The notes under the pieces: generated by a model
The model's database searches: none
What the model saw: the letters and a program-made list of their open reading frames with translations, nothing else
Told to the model about the DNA's origin: nothing
Assembly: GCA_041736175.1 (NCBI GenBank)
Contig: JBGSUI010000069.1
Location: forward strand, 1 to 64,000
Source: Oligoflexales bacterium
GTDB taxonomy: Bacteria > Bdellovibrionota_B > Oligoflexia > Oligoflexales > CAIYRB01
Length of the DNA stretch: 64,000 nt
Direction: 5' to 3'
Shown here: positions 41,206 to 50,915 of the stretch, one piece after another
Layout: each line of letters starts with the position of its first letter
Numbering within the stretch: position 1 is the stretch's first letter
Made by a program: the position numbers and the translations under genes

Positions 41206-41221
41206 AGCAATAAATGTGCCA
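41206..41221 (-). promoter_or_regulatory. sigma54 promoter
   Basis: TGGCACATTTATTGCT, 54 nt upstream of the 41152 start. Confidence 0.7.
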
Positions 41222-41288
41222 TCATGGTGTTTGGCGGGCGCCATGGGGAATCGTAGGTGTCTTTTAGGACCTCTAATTTTAAAGAAAA

Positions 41289-41870
41289 TTAAATAAACTT
41301 AGCAAGATACAATTCGTCGACCCATTGGCCTTCGATTCTAGCGGCTTTGGTGCGAGTCCCTTCCACGGTATAACCGAGGCGCCTATAAAGGTTATAAGCT
41401 CGGGTGTTTTCGCTTCGGACAAGGGCTTCCATCTTGGAAATGCCTATTTTTTGAGCATATCTTTCCATGATGGATAGCATAGCACTCCCGATACCCTGGC
41501 CCCACCAGCTTTTTTCGATCATCATGCCAAAGCTCCCTAGATGCTGGTACCAAGGGTGGTTGGTATAGGGTAGATGAAAGGCGGCTGTGCCCACAAGTCT
41601 TGTCTCGACGGGCCATTCATCTGAGAAATTCATATGGCAAAAGGCCCCTAAACACAGACTTTTTGCATCGTTAGAGAGAAACTCTAGTTTTTTGCTGGTC
41701 TCAGTGGGACTGCTGTAAGTCTCGTCGACATGGCGCATGGTGTGGTTTGATTCTAGCGCCACCTGCCGGTAGTGCTTGAGGAGCCTCGGACCATCCTCTG
41801 GACATAGGGTTCGGATGATCACAACCCCCTTATTTTTAGTTTGATGGGATATGGTTGCGAATTTTGCCAC
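41289..41870 (-). CDS. GNAT acetyltransferase
   Basis: WGQGIG motif A; N.RA.NLY.RLG. Confidence 0.88.
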   Translation of the reverse strand: MAKFATISHQTKNKGVVIIRTLCPEDGPRLLKHYRQVALESNHTMRHVDETYSSPTETSKKLEFLSNDAKSLCLGAFCHMNFSDEWPVETRLVGTAAFHLPYTNHPWYQHLGSFGMMIEKSWWGQGIGSAMLSIMERYAQKIGISKMEALVRSENTRAYNLYRRLGYTVEGTRTKAARIEGQWVDELYLAKFI

Positions 41871-42001
41871 GATCTTTGATCCCTCTAGCTTCGAGTTTTG
41901 GAGAACCTACTGCGGTCTGCCTCAAACCACAATGGTCTATTATTTAGGCCCAATTGGATGATCTCAAAATAAGTCCTCGAAATTATGTTTATAAAAATAG
42001 T

Positions 42002-42664
42002 TTAGCTTTTATCGGGCTTTTCACAAAGCGAGTCTTCATGGATCATGCGGTGGATCGTCCCCACACTAAGTTTTAGTTGTTGAGCGATCTCTTTAAAGGT
42101 CTTACCTTCTTCTTTGAGGATCGTGGCTCGGTTTTTCAAATCAAGATTGGTTTTGATAGGTGCTCCTAATTTGACTCCCCGCTTCCGGGCGGCATCCAGT
42201 CCCGCCCGTACCCGAGCGACGATAGTCTCACGCTCGATCTCGGCGATTTCGGCAAAGGCAGCCAGCATGGTCCGCCTAAAGGGGTTTTCATGGCCCAGGT
42301 TTAGGACGGGTTGAGTCACAGAGATAAAGGCTACTCCAGCTTCATCTAGGTCAAGCAGCAGCCGAATGGCCGTCGTGGCATGCCGGCTAAATCGGTCAAG
42401 TCGATAGCAAATGATGGTGTCTAATTTGCCAGTCCTGGCATCTATGAGAAGTGCCTGAAAACCTGGGCGGTTGAGTGTCTTTCCGGAGATCCCTTCGTCT
42501 TGATAAACGGTGGTCGATTGGGGGCGACGCTCTTCCGGCAGGGCCTCAAGCCAACCTTGGACAGTATTTATTTGACTGTCTAAATCTTGTCGATCTGTCG
42601 ACACACGGTAGTAGACAGCCACTTTGCCAAGACCATGGGGTCTGGAGTTGGGTTTTTTTGACAT
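42002..42664 (-). CDS. Small serine recombinase (resolvase/invertase) with C-terminal HTH
   Basis: YYRVST..Q, D.GISG..RP, LDRFSR and AE.ER..I..R..AG motifs. Confidence 0.92.
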   Translation of the reverse strand: MSKKPNSRPHGLGKVAVYYRVSTDRQDLDSQINTVQGWLEALPEERRPQSTTVYQDEGISGKTLNRPGFQALLIDARTGKLDTIICYRLDRFSRHATTAIRLLLDLDEAGVAFISVTQPVLNLGHENPFRRTMLAAFAEIAEIERETIVARVRAGLDAARKRGVKLGAPIKTNLDLKNRATILKEEGKTFKEIAQQLKLSVGTIHRMIHEDSLCEKPDKS

Positions 42665-42950
42665 AGGAATCCCTTAAATGGCCGATTGATCCGTTGTCTA
42701 AATCTAGGATATTTTAGAATACATACATGAATTTAGAAAGATACTATACCAGTCACCAGCACATTTCTGACATGAGGTGCGCCCCATCAGATTACCATTT
42801 GCACGATTTTATCTTCCTGAAAAAGGTAAAAATCTTAAGATCCAAATCAAAAGCGCTCCGATGGCTTTATACTTCAAATTTGGTCTAGTGCCAAAGATTT
42901 AGAGTCAACCTTCGATTTATTGAATCCATTGGTCTACCGATACCTTCCCT

Positions 42951-45068
42951 ATGGTTGCAAAGTTTTTTAGCGTTGTTAAAAAAGCATGGAGTCGGGGAAT
43001 GGATACCTCGATTTCAGGGGAATCCTTTGGGGTTTTCTTAGGTCCCAAGGGACTACTCGTCGGAGTTATTCTGGTGTTTTTAGGTCTAACCTGGTTTATC
43101 TCCATCAGGATTAGTCGGTATTTTACCTTCAATGAAATTTACGAGGATCCGACGCTCTTTAACCTGACTGAGTCTCAGGTGCCCTGGGACGTTTATTATG
43201 GGAAGTCCCCGGTTTGCGGTGTTATGGACTGCTTTGCCCGCTCGGATTGGCCAAAGGAAAACTACCAAAAACAAATGGTGCTGCCAGCGCGGGAGTTTCC
43301 TCTTAAGGACTATAAACCTGGAGATATGATTTATCTGAGGACTCGGGTTGAAATTCCGGAAAAGCTAATGGTTTCCGGTGCACCTTTGGCGCTGCATTCT
43401 GTATATATTTATGCAAAAAAATATCAATTTTACCTTAATGACCAACTTGTTGCCGAAGGGCCTAGTGAACTCTTTAATATCCCCCTTCCCCGAGACTTGA
43501 TTCCAGCCAACCGCACGATCAACATGGCTTTTGTCATCAATGCTGATGGGTTGAACTCCCAGGGAATCGCCAATCGATACGCGCTGCTGATCGGAAGTAA
43601 AGCGACTTTAGGTAAAAAAGCTTTTCTTGCCGATGAAATGTTAACAACATTTTATTTGTGGTTTTTACTGCCTAAAATAATATTTTGTATTATTTTTTCA
43701 TTGGTCTATCTCTTCGTTACGCCTTCTCTTGCCATGTTTTGTTTTATTTTTTATGCGTTCCTGGGGAGTCTCGATACTTTTATGTATTCAGGATTTGCCG
43801 TTGAAATGTTGAATCTCTCGATAAAATATGATGCATACGGAAATTTGTTTAGGATGTTAAGTGTTCCGTTCCTGATAGGATTTCTTTGGGAACGCCTCGG
43901 GACCGGCAAAAACCAAACCCTAAAGCGGGTTTTCGTTACGGTCTTGAGTATTATCACCGTTTTTGCCACGACCCAAAATTTTTGGAATCATGAAAAAAGC
44001 TTTCATTTTTGGCGGATCTCCCATGCTCTAGTCTACTTGAGCAGCCTCGCCTATGGAGCTTATCTGTCTAGGGCTAAGAAGCAGTCCGGGATCGATCGTT
44101 CCCTTGCCATCTTTTTCGCGATTTCGATCCTCCCTGCGGGGCTTCGGCTCTTTCATGTGATTTCTGACTGGCTGGGATTGAACCTTCATATGGGAGTATC
44201 TTGGCATTGGATCCACGAATTGGTGATGTTTGTGGTGTTGACTGCGCTGGCCATTATTGACGTGGGGCGATCGCTTTCGACCAAAGCTATTTTAGAAAAG
44301 GAATTGGCAGCCAATGACGAACGCATGGAACTTGCCCAATCCGTCCAGCGGATGCTGCTTCCTCGGGAGTTCAGCGGCCAAAACAAAAACATTGATTATC
44401 AATTTTTCTATGAACCGGCGGAAAAAATGTCGGGAGATTGGTTTCACTGCTGGGACTCCCCCCAGGCCACTCATCTTTTGATGGGCGACGTCGTGGGTAA
44501 AGGGCCCCAGGCGGCCCTCACGGTCTCGGTCGTCGCTAGTATCGTGAATGAATGTAAAATTGAGGGCAAAGAGATTGACGAATGCATTGAAAAGATCAAT
44601 AAACATCTTATTGCTTTTTTTAATCGAACCATCACCACTACCTTGACCGTGGTCTCGCTGCGACAAGATCGCAGGATAGAGCTGATCAATGCCGGTACTA
44701 TAGGCTGGATGACTATGATTGGCGACAAAGTCGAATATCATCCGTTACGCAGTGGGATTCTAGGCCATCGTGAGACCCTGAATCTAGGGAGAGTTGTGCT
44801 AGAGGTCGGGGATGACTTTACCCTGATGACTTTTACCGACGGTGTGCTCGAAGGCTCAAGGGCATTAAAAAATCTCCGGCAGAAACTCCTAGCAGAAAAA
44901 TCTCGGCACCCGTCGTTTGAAGGGCTTTTTAGATTGGTGGTTTCCTGTGGTTTGTCAAGCGTCCTTGTCGACGATAAAACCCTGCTGGTTGTGGGCAGCA
45001 AACGTGCAGTTCGCGAAGGTTTGTCTGCCTATCCGCCTGAAGAATCGGTAGTATCACGAGCTTTATAG
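42951..45068 (+). CDS. Membrane sensor with SpoIIE/PP2C phosphatase domain
   Basis: Multiple TMs; SGDWF, GDVVGKG, NAG, FTDGV and DDKT motifs. Confidence 0.88.
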   Translation: MVAKFFSVVKKAWSRGMDTSISGESFGVFLGPKGLLVGVILVFLGLTWFISIRISRYFTFNEIYEDPTLFNLTESQVPWDVYYGKSPVCGVMDCFARSDWPKENYQKQMVLPAREFPLKDYKPGDMIYLRTRVEIPEKLMVSGAPLALHSVYIYAKKYQFYLNDQLVAEGPSELFNIPLPRDLIPANRTINMAFVINADGLNSQGIANRYALLIGSKATLGKKAFLADEMLTTFYLWFLLPKIIFCIIFSLVYLFVTPSLAMFCFIFYAFLGSLDTFMYSGFAVEMLNLSIKYDAYGNLFRMLSVPFLIGFLWERLGTGKNQTLKRVFVTVLSIITVFATTQNFWNHEKSFHFWRISHALVYLSSLAYGAYLSRAKKQSGIDRSLAIFFAISILPAGLRLFHVISDWLGLNLHMGVSWHWIHELVMFVVLTALAIIDVGRSLSTKAILEKELAANDERMELAQSVQRMLLPREFSGQNKNIDYQFFYEPAEKMSGDWFHCWDSPQATHLLMGDVVGKGPQAALTVSVVASIVNECKIEGKEIDECIEKINKHLIAFFNRTITTTLTVVSLRQDRRIELINAGTIGWMTMIGDKVEYHPLRSGILGHRETLNLGRVVLEVGDDFTLMTFTDGVLEGSRALKNLRQKLLAEKSRHPSFEGLFRLVVSCGLSSVLVDDKTLLVVGSKRAVREGLSAYPPEESVVSRAL

Positions 45069-45071
45069 AGA

Positions 45072-46424
45072 TTAGTTTGAAATCTTTTGAAGCTCAGACT
45101 GAAAGGTGTTTGAGAAATGTGCCTCTGGATCTGCGTAAAAAGACTGAAAGACTTGATTGTAACTGACGTTTAGATAGTCCACCGTCGAGGCATTGGGGTC
45201 CGCATTGGTATTTTTTCCTGACCCAAATATGGTACCCACATTGGAAAGGGGGAGTTTGGACTCAGCCACCACGTCCCCCCAGTAGCTATCACAGGACTCG
45301 GTTACGATCACGGGGAAGTTAAACCTTGATTCTTTGAGAATCGTCAGGAAAGCTCGCTTGGTAATCCAGCCGTTCTCTTGGCCAAGAGTGGTGCCTAAAC
45401 TTTCAAACCCTTCGGCTCCGAAACCTTCTGCTCCGAAACCTTCAGTTCCAAACCCTTCGGCCCCAAAACCTTCCGCAGAAAATCCTTCGGTCGCAAACCC
45501 TTCGGCCCCAAGGCCATCGCCGCTTCCGAGGAGTGAAAATTTGTTCATCGTGGCCTGACTAGGACATGAAAACTTTGGAACCCTGCCAATTTTTTTCATG
45601 TTATCCCAAAATATTTGGACGATATTCTTCTGCTTTTCCCGATCGTTTTGCCCTGGGACCTGATTCCAGGTGATTGGAATCCGAGGTGCGACCAAGATAC
45701 TGTCTAAGTCAGTGAGGTCTTTTCCATTGGATTTTTGTCCAATATTAGACTTGCCATGGGATTTAATCACAAGGTTAATGCTTGATTTTTCCTTCTTAAA
45801 ATCGAAGGTGTCGGCTGTTTGAAGCAGTGCAGCGACAAGGGTTGGGGAATAAACAGCTGGATTTGAGTCAAGCAGGGGATACTTTTGGAGGTTATTGGCG
45901 AGAGCACTGCTCTTGAGTGCCGGAAACTCGACAACCTGGGCTCCACCACCTGGTTTGCAATACAAAAACCTACCTTCTTGAAGGAGCGACGAACGAAAGA
46001 CGATTAGTCCTAGGTTTTTATTTTTCGGATTATCGCAGATATTCTTTTTAAGCGCTTCTACTTCGAAGTCAATGAGGCTGGTTAGACAGCTCTTGTCTGC
46101 CTCGATGGTCTCACCGTAGGTCTGGAGATCTGCTGAAAGTTGGTCCAGATCTTTATCGGGCACATTGAGATCCTTAAGAGCCTCCCGATTGTTTTTTAGG
46201 GCCGTTACGATGCGGTTGTAGTCGTTGCTATACTGGCCTTTGACGATGGTTTCGTTGGCATAGTACATCAAGACTTGGCTTTTGTGGCTTTTAGCATCCC
46301 CAACGTTAACAGCTTGGATCGCTTTGGGATAAGAGTTCTCACCCTCCGTATGGGACACCAGGTTGCTGCAGGCAATTGTAAGCCCGAATAAACCTAAAAA
46401 CGCGAAAAAAGGGGATATCTTCAT
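45072..46424 (-). CDS. Lipoprotein, putative CD-clan (clostripain/caspase-like) cysteine peptidase
   Basis: Lipobox TIAC; LVIKSHG and IVTESC His/Cys dyad pattern. Confidence 0.55.
   Translation of the reverse strand: MKISPFFAFLGLFGLTIACSNLVSHTEGENSYPKAIQAVNVGDAKSHKSQVLMYYANETIVKGQYSNDYNRIVTALKNNREALKDLNVPDKDLDQLSADLQTYGETIEADKSCLTSLIDFEVEALKKNICDNPKNKNLGLIVFRSSLLQEGRFLYCKPGGGAQVVEFPALKSSALANNLQKYPLLDSNPAVYSPTLVAALLQTADTFDFKKEKSSINLVIKSHGKSNIGQKSNGKDLTDLDSILVAPRIPITWNQVPGQNDREKQKNIVQIFWDNMKKIGRVPKFSCPSQATMNKFSLLGSGDGLGAEGFATEGFSAEGFGAEGFGTEGFGAEGFGAEGFESLGTTLGQENGWITKRAFLTILKESRFNFPVIVTESCDSYWGDVVAESKLPLSNVGTIFGSGKNTNADPNASTVDYLNVSYNQVFQSFYADPEAHFSNTFQSELQKISN
45405..45515 (-). repeat. 15-bp tandem repeat x7 encoding G[FL][GAS][AT]E
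   Basis: GLGAE GFATE GFSAE GFGAE GFGTE GFGAE GFGAE GF. Confidence 0.92.
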
Positions 46425-46469
46425 CTGGATTCTCCTCTGGGGTAAAAAAGCGAGGTGCCTAATAATCCC

Positions 46470-46485
46470 TGCAAAAAAAAAGCCA
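46470..46485 (-). promoter_or_regulatory. sigma54-like promoter
   Basis: TGGCTTTTTTTTTGCA, 46 nt upstream of the start. Confidence 0.5.
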
Positions 46486-46819
46486 GGGAGAGGCCATTTG
46501 AAATCAGGAGTTTTTATATAGGGATACCTTTATGACTAAAGCTCCTGAGTTGCTGATTGTTGGAGCTTTTGACAGCCATGTGCATTGTCTAAACACTTTT
46601 TTAAAAAATGATCGTCTGGCGCTGTGATCATTTTTAAACAGGAATGTTCATTAATTCTTGGCGATTGACTTGGGTTTATTGGCTGCGGAGTCTAGGTCTC
46701 TTGGTAGAGCCTTCAAAACGTTAAAATGCCTCTTTTTTAAGCACTCAGCTTTAAGCCGGTCGGCTTTCTGGGTTTCACGGCGATTCTAGGCGGCTTTTTA
46801 GGGGTTTCCCTACCTTAGC

Positions 46820-46914
46820 CGTTCAAAAGACACCCAAAAATGCTGTAACTAATTGTTATTATTGAACATAATCGCTAGGCGACCTGCGTTCAAAAGACAT
46901 CTGTTTTTTGAACG
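46820..46914. repeat. res-like site with direct and inverted repeats
   Basis: CGTTCAAAAGACA at 46820 and 46887; 28-bp dyad CGTTCAAAA-N10-TTTTGAACG at 46887-46914. Confidence 0.55.
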
Positions 46915-47246
46915 AAAAGGTGGCATTTTTGTTTTTTGCAAGGATTTGGGATTTATAACCAACAAAATTGGTCCGTTAGATTACAACAACATCACCATAA
47001 TTGCTGTTGTAGTATATTTATAATCATACAACAACATAATTGTTGCGGTGTTCGATCGGAATGCACAATAAAGAGGCACTTGGACCGGCAAAGTTGGGAT
47101 CGATAGTTAAAAATATTGGGTGAACTGAAAACCCACTTTTTTAAAAAAATCCTCAGCGAGGTTGGACTAGGTTTTCAGGTTAAAGAAGTGTAAGTCATCC
47201 ATTGGATTCGTTGTTAAGGATGTTTCTGAATACAAGGAGGTTTTTT

Positions 47247-47633
47247 ATGAGATTACAGAATAAGATATTACTCGGTATTTGGTTGGCTTTTCCGGGTGCT
47301 GCATTTTCGGCAGCACCTGTAGAAAACGACGATAATGTCGGCGTCCTTGAGTCACTGCGGCCTGGTCCCCGACCTGGTCCCCGTCCAATTCCTCGGCCGA
47401 TTCCTCGGCCGATTCCCCGGCCTATCCCGGTACCGGTCCCAAGACCTTATCCTATTCCAGTGCCGGTTCCTGCCCCAGTACAGTATCGTTGCTTAGCTCA
47501 AACTCAGGATGGTCTCAACCAGTGGAATGGAGTCATCAGTGTAGATTACAATATGGCCAATGACAGTGCCCTTCGTACCTGCGAGCAGAATTCTAGTCAA
47601 TCATGCTATATCGTGCGTTGCGATCAGTTCTAG
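47247..47633 (+). CDS. Secreted protein with Pro-rich repeats and a small Cys domain
   Basis: AAGGAGG RBS, signal peptide, (PRP[GI])n, 4-Cys C-terminus. Confidence 0.8.
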   Translation: MRLQNKILLGIWLAFPGAAFSAAPVENDDNVGVLESLRPGPRPGPRPIPRPIPRPIPRPIPVPVPRPYPIPVPVPAPVQYRCLAQTQDGLNQWNGVISVDYNMANDSALRTCEQNSSQSCYIVRCDQF

Positions 47634-47896
47634 TCAGTAGGGTGTTGCCGAGCTAGCTCGGCCACACCCTTAAAAAGATTGAAAAAAGACTCATGATCAA
47701 GCGTAAAGAGCGGTATAGCCTGTGGAGTTACAAATTCATTAAAATGGGCCTTAGCAAGCTCAACAACATCCACGCTGTCCGTAGCTTCCTTTATTGCATC
47801 GTAGCTGTCAGCAAAAGTGCAGTTTCCATCAAAACTTCTAGGGAAGTCGGGATATTTGTCACGGAAGTTCCAGCCAAGGACATCTGTGGTAAACAT
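47630..47896 (-). CDS. Hypothetical protein
   Basis: Strong AGGAGGT RBS; follows the SEC-C gene. Confidence 0.6.
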   Translation of the reverse strand: MFTTDVLGWNFRDKYPDFPRSFDGNCTFADSYDAIKEATDSVDVVELAKAHFNEFVTPQAIPLFTLDHESFFNLFKGVAELARQHPTD

Positions 47897-47908
47897 TCTT
47901 TTTACCTC

Positions 47909-48769
47909 CTAAGAATTCATGCAGCATTTCTTGAACTTCTTGCCGCTTCCACATGGACATGGGTCGTTACGACCAACTTTATTTGCGCTCACAGGATCAT
48001 CTGGGGCCTGGTTTTCCGCGATGTACCTACCAAAAAGCGCCTTGATATTATCATGGCGTTTTCGGACCTTTTGCCAGATCTCAGGAATGTCTTGGACCAT
48101 TGCATCGATGACTGCTTGTGGTTGAGCCAGCACCTGTTTTGGTTCGTTAACAATATTTACCAGATTGGGATCCTGGTAGGATAGGCGCACGGTGCTGTAG
48201 TCCGCTTGATTTTGCCGCCGGTAGTCAGCCTCAGGAAGTACAAAGGTCAAAAACACTTCAGTGCATGAGCACTTTGGATTGATGCAATAGGAGTCAAAAG
48301 CGTCGACACGCTTGCCGCCCACGCTAAAACGAAAGGGGGCTGCATGGGGCAGAAAATCCCGGTACCAATAGACCGAACCGTCGCCGTCATCAATAAAGTA
48401 GAGCGGTATTTTTTGGATATCCGCAGTTTCAGTGATTTCTTCTTTGGCTTTGGTGTATACGGTGAGCAGGTCCAGCCATTCTTTCTCGGTGAGTGATCGT
48501 GCCATATGTCGGGCAAAGCTTAAGGCTTTACCGCCTGCATTGCCGAGATCATCGACCTTTCGACTGCGCACTTCGAGGGCAAAGCTGACCTCAGGGTTGG
48601 TTCCCTCGCTAGGGGCCAATTTAAAATGGACTAGTTCGCAAGGGCAAGAGGCCAGATCGCAGACGCTTGTCGTGCCGATGTAGTCTGACCCGGCTAGTGG
48701 GCCGGACTCGAATCGAAACCGTGCTGCTGCCTCAATATCGCCTTCTTTCTTGGGTTTGATCTCTAACAA
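47909..48769 (-). CDS. SEC-C motif protein
   Basis: [20 protein letters not shown]; two CxxxxCxC motifs. Confidence 0.85.
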   Translation of the reverse strand: MLEIKPKKEGDIEAAARFRFESGPLAGSDYIGTTSVCDLASCPCELVHFKLAPSEGTNPEVSFALEVRSRKVDDLGNAGGKALSFARHMARSLTEKEWLDLLTVYTKAKEEITETADIQKIPLYFIDDGDGSVYWYRDFLPHAAPFRFSVGGKRVDAFDSYCINPKCSCTEVFLTFVLPEADYRRQNQADYSTVRLSYQDPNLVNIVNEPKQVLAQPQAVIDAMVQDIPEIWQKVRKRHDNIKALFGRYIAENQAPDDPVSANKVGRNDPCPCGSGKKFKKCCMNS

Positions 48770-48948
48770 AATTCAACCTCGTTCATATGGAGGATATTGA
48801 CAGTAATTTGACATTCATCCTTCTCGCAGCCCAGTATCAAAATAAATCTGTAAAATCTAGTTCGATTTTTTTTAGCACGGAACCGCCCCGCGGTTGTGGT
48901 CGTGTAAATATCCTATATTATTGGAGCGTATCATGTTTTTGTGGTCAA

Positions 48949-48978
48949 TTGGCATCCTCCAGAGACCCCGTTGTCGGA
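48949..48978. repeat. 30-bp copy of trypsin gene segment 51072-51101
   Basis: TTGGCATCCTCCAGAGACCCCGTyGTCrGA, 28/30. Confidence 0.85.
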
Positions 48979-49044
48979 GAGGCTTTATCCAGAGGGACCT
49001 GTCTATTATCAAGGCAGCGACTGACCCATTTTCGGCCTTCAGCT

Positions 49045-50619
49045 TCAAGGGCTCTTTTGGATCTTGGCTGCCATTTCCATCGCATTGAAGAGATTCAATC
49101 TACCACCTGTGCCAACCAACTGGCTGGCGGTACTCAATTGTTTATCCTTGGACTGACCAACTCCTGGTACTGACATGGTCCCCTCCATTTTCTCTGTTGA
49201 TGCTAGCAAAATGCGTTTAAGGTCAGCCGCCTTAAGGTGGGGAAAATGACCCAAGAGAAAAGCCGCTGCACCAGACGTTATGGCTGTTGCATGACTTGTG
49301 CCACTTGAGGTTATATTGAATTCATAATTGAGGGGTTGGAGCGAAACAATATTCTCCCCTGGAGAAAGGATGTCGACTTTTTTGGTCCCGAAATTGGAAA
49401 AAGCAGAGATTCGAAGTTTGGAATCTTTCTCGACTGATCGCCCATAACTACCTACTATGATCCAATTTGCAAAGGGTTCGTCCCTATCCGGAAATTGAGT
49501 AATGGTCTCTCTATTTTCACCTTTATTTCCAGCAGAGCTCACCACTAACACATCGTTTTTTCTTGCGTATTGGAGGGCTTCTCTGATTTTTTCGGGAAAA
49601 GGAGAGTATTTCTTTCCAAAAGACATGTTGATTATTTTTGCTCCGTGATCGACAGCATAGCGGATGGCATGGTAGATATTTTCATCTCGCTCATCCCCAG
49701 ACGTGGGGACCGCTGCCAATGGCATGATTAGGGCTGTGGAGCTGATCCCATTAATACCGGCCCCGTTTCCTCGGTTCGCGGCAATCAGGCTGCTCATAGC
49801 AGTCCCATGAAATTCCGCTTGCTCAACGGGGTTCACATCACGACTCCCCCAATTGACGCTGTTAAAATCAAGTTTCTTTCCAGAATAAAGATCACCTTCT
49901 ACCGGCGAAATAGTTAAACTGCGATTAATCACATTCTTTGCAAATTCATTTTTTTCGATTTCACCGACTTCATCGGAGTTCATGGTACGCTCAATGTGAT
50001 TGAGTACCTTATCGATCTCCGCAACCTCCAATTCATAGTCTTTTTTGATTATCTGCTGTGTTTCGGTCAAAGGACCATTTTTAGGTAATGCAGCATAGAG
50101 TCTGGTGATTTCGAGGGTATCAATCCGACCTTTAAGTTCGAACTTCTTTGTTTCACCCTGGTATTGATAAGTCCTCGCTGGATCCGGAAAAAAGCTCCAA
50201 CCGTTGCTTTGGTCCATGGTTCCTTTGGCGCTCGTTGTCATGGCGTATTTTCCATCAGACGCATCTGGATTGGTCCAAATTCTACCGTTAAAATCTGGGT
50301 GATCGATATCAATACCTGAGTCAATCACCGCAACAACCACTGGATTTTTAGGCTCTCCATAGTTCAAAAGGGCTTTATCAAGATCGATTCCGTTTGCTCC
50401 GAGATGCCACTGATCACCAGGACCTTTGACGGCTGATTTTATCGATTCGATTTGGTGGCGTGTTAAATACTCCAACAGAATATCCGTGGATTCGCTACCT
50501 GATACCAAAGACTCTGTAATTTTTTGCTTACAAGATGTCACCCACCCAAGGGTTATCAGCAAAAAACTAAACTTGATATTTCGTATAATCAAACGAAAAT
50601 AAGTAGGCTTGAAAACCAT
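49045..50619 (-). CDS. Subtilisin-like S8 protease, lipoprotein
   Basis: VAVIDSG, HGT, SAGN and SGTSHA motifs; VTSC lipobox. Confidence 0.92.
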   Translation of the reverse strand: MVFKPTYFRLIIRNIKFSFLLITLGWVTSCKQKITESLVSGSESTDILLEYLTRHQIESIKSAVKGPGDQWHLGANGIDLDKALLNYGEPKNPVVVAVIDSGIDIDHPDFNGRIWTNPDASDGKYAMTTSAKGTMDQSNGWSFFPDPARTYQYQGETKKFELKGRIDTLEITRLYAALPKNGPLTETQQIIKKDYELEVAEIDKVLNHIERTMNSDEVGEIEKNEFAKNVINRSLTISPVEGDLYSGKKLDFNSVNWGSRDVNPVEQAEFHGTAMSSLIAANRGNGAGINGISSTALIMPLAAVPTSGDERDENIYHAIRYAVDHGAKIINMSFGKKYSPFPEKIREALQYARKNDVLVVSSAGNKGENRETITQFPDRDEPFANWIIVGSYGRSVEKDSKLRISAFSNFGTKKVDILSPGENIVSLQPLNYEFNITSSGTSHATAITSGAAAFLLGHFPHLKAADLKRILLASTEKMEGTMSVPGVGQSKDKQLSTASQLVGTGGRLNLFNAMEMAAKIQKSP

Positions 50620-50702
50620 ATTGATTCCTTATTTAAAAGCATCTAAGGGCTGAATGTGCCAATAATCTAGACTTATAACAATTTTTAGAATAGAGTTATT
50701 GC

Positions 50703-50718
50703 AGCAAAAAATGTTCCA
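50703..50718 (-). promoter_or_regulatory. sigma54-like promoter
   Basis: TGGAACATTTTTTGCT, 84 nt upstream of the start. Confidence 0.55.
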
Positions 50719-50915
50719 ACCATCGATCCAAAAAAATCGCTACCAATTTGGCAAAGTTAAATCCCTGAACCTCGGGATCACGGTGTCATTGGCCTAGCTT
50801 ACTGCAAAATATTTAGGCAGTTTCGCTCCGAAAAACCTATGCCATCTGCGATAAAGTCCGGAAAGTTGCCGAAGGGCATTAAACCCCACACCTTTCCGAA
50901 CCTTTTTAAGGAGAT

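Noticed and set aside
45334..45558. Plus-strand PSAPK-repeat ORF
   Set aside because: Antisense shadow of the GFGAE repeat.
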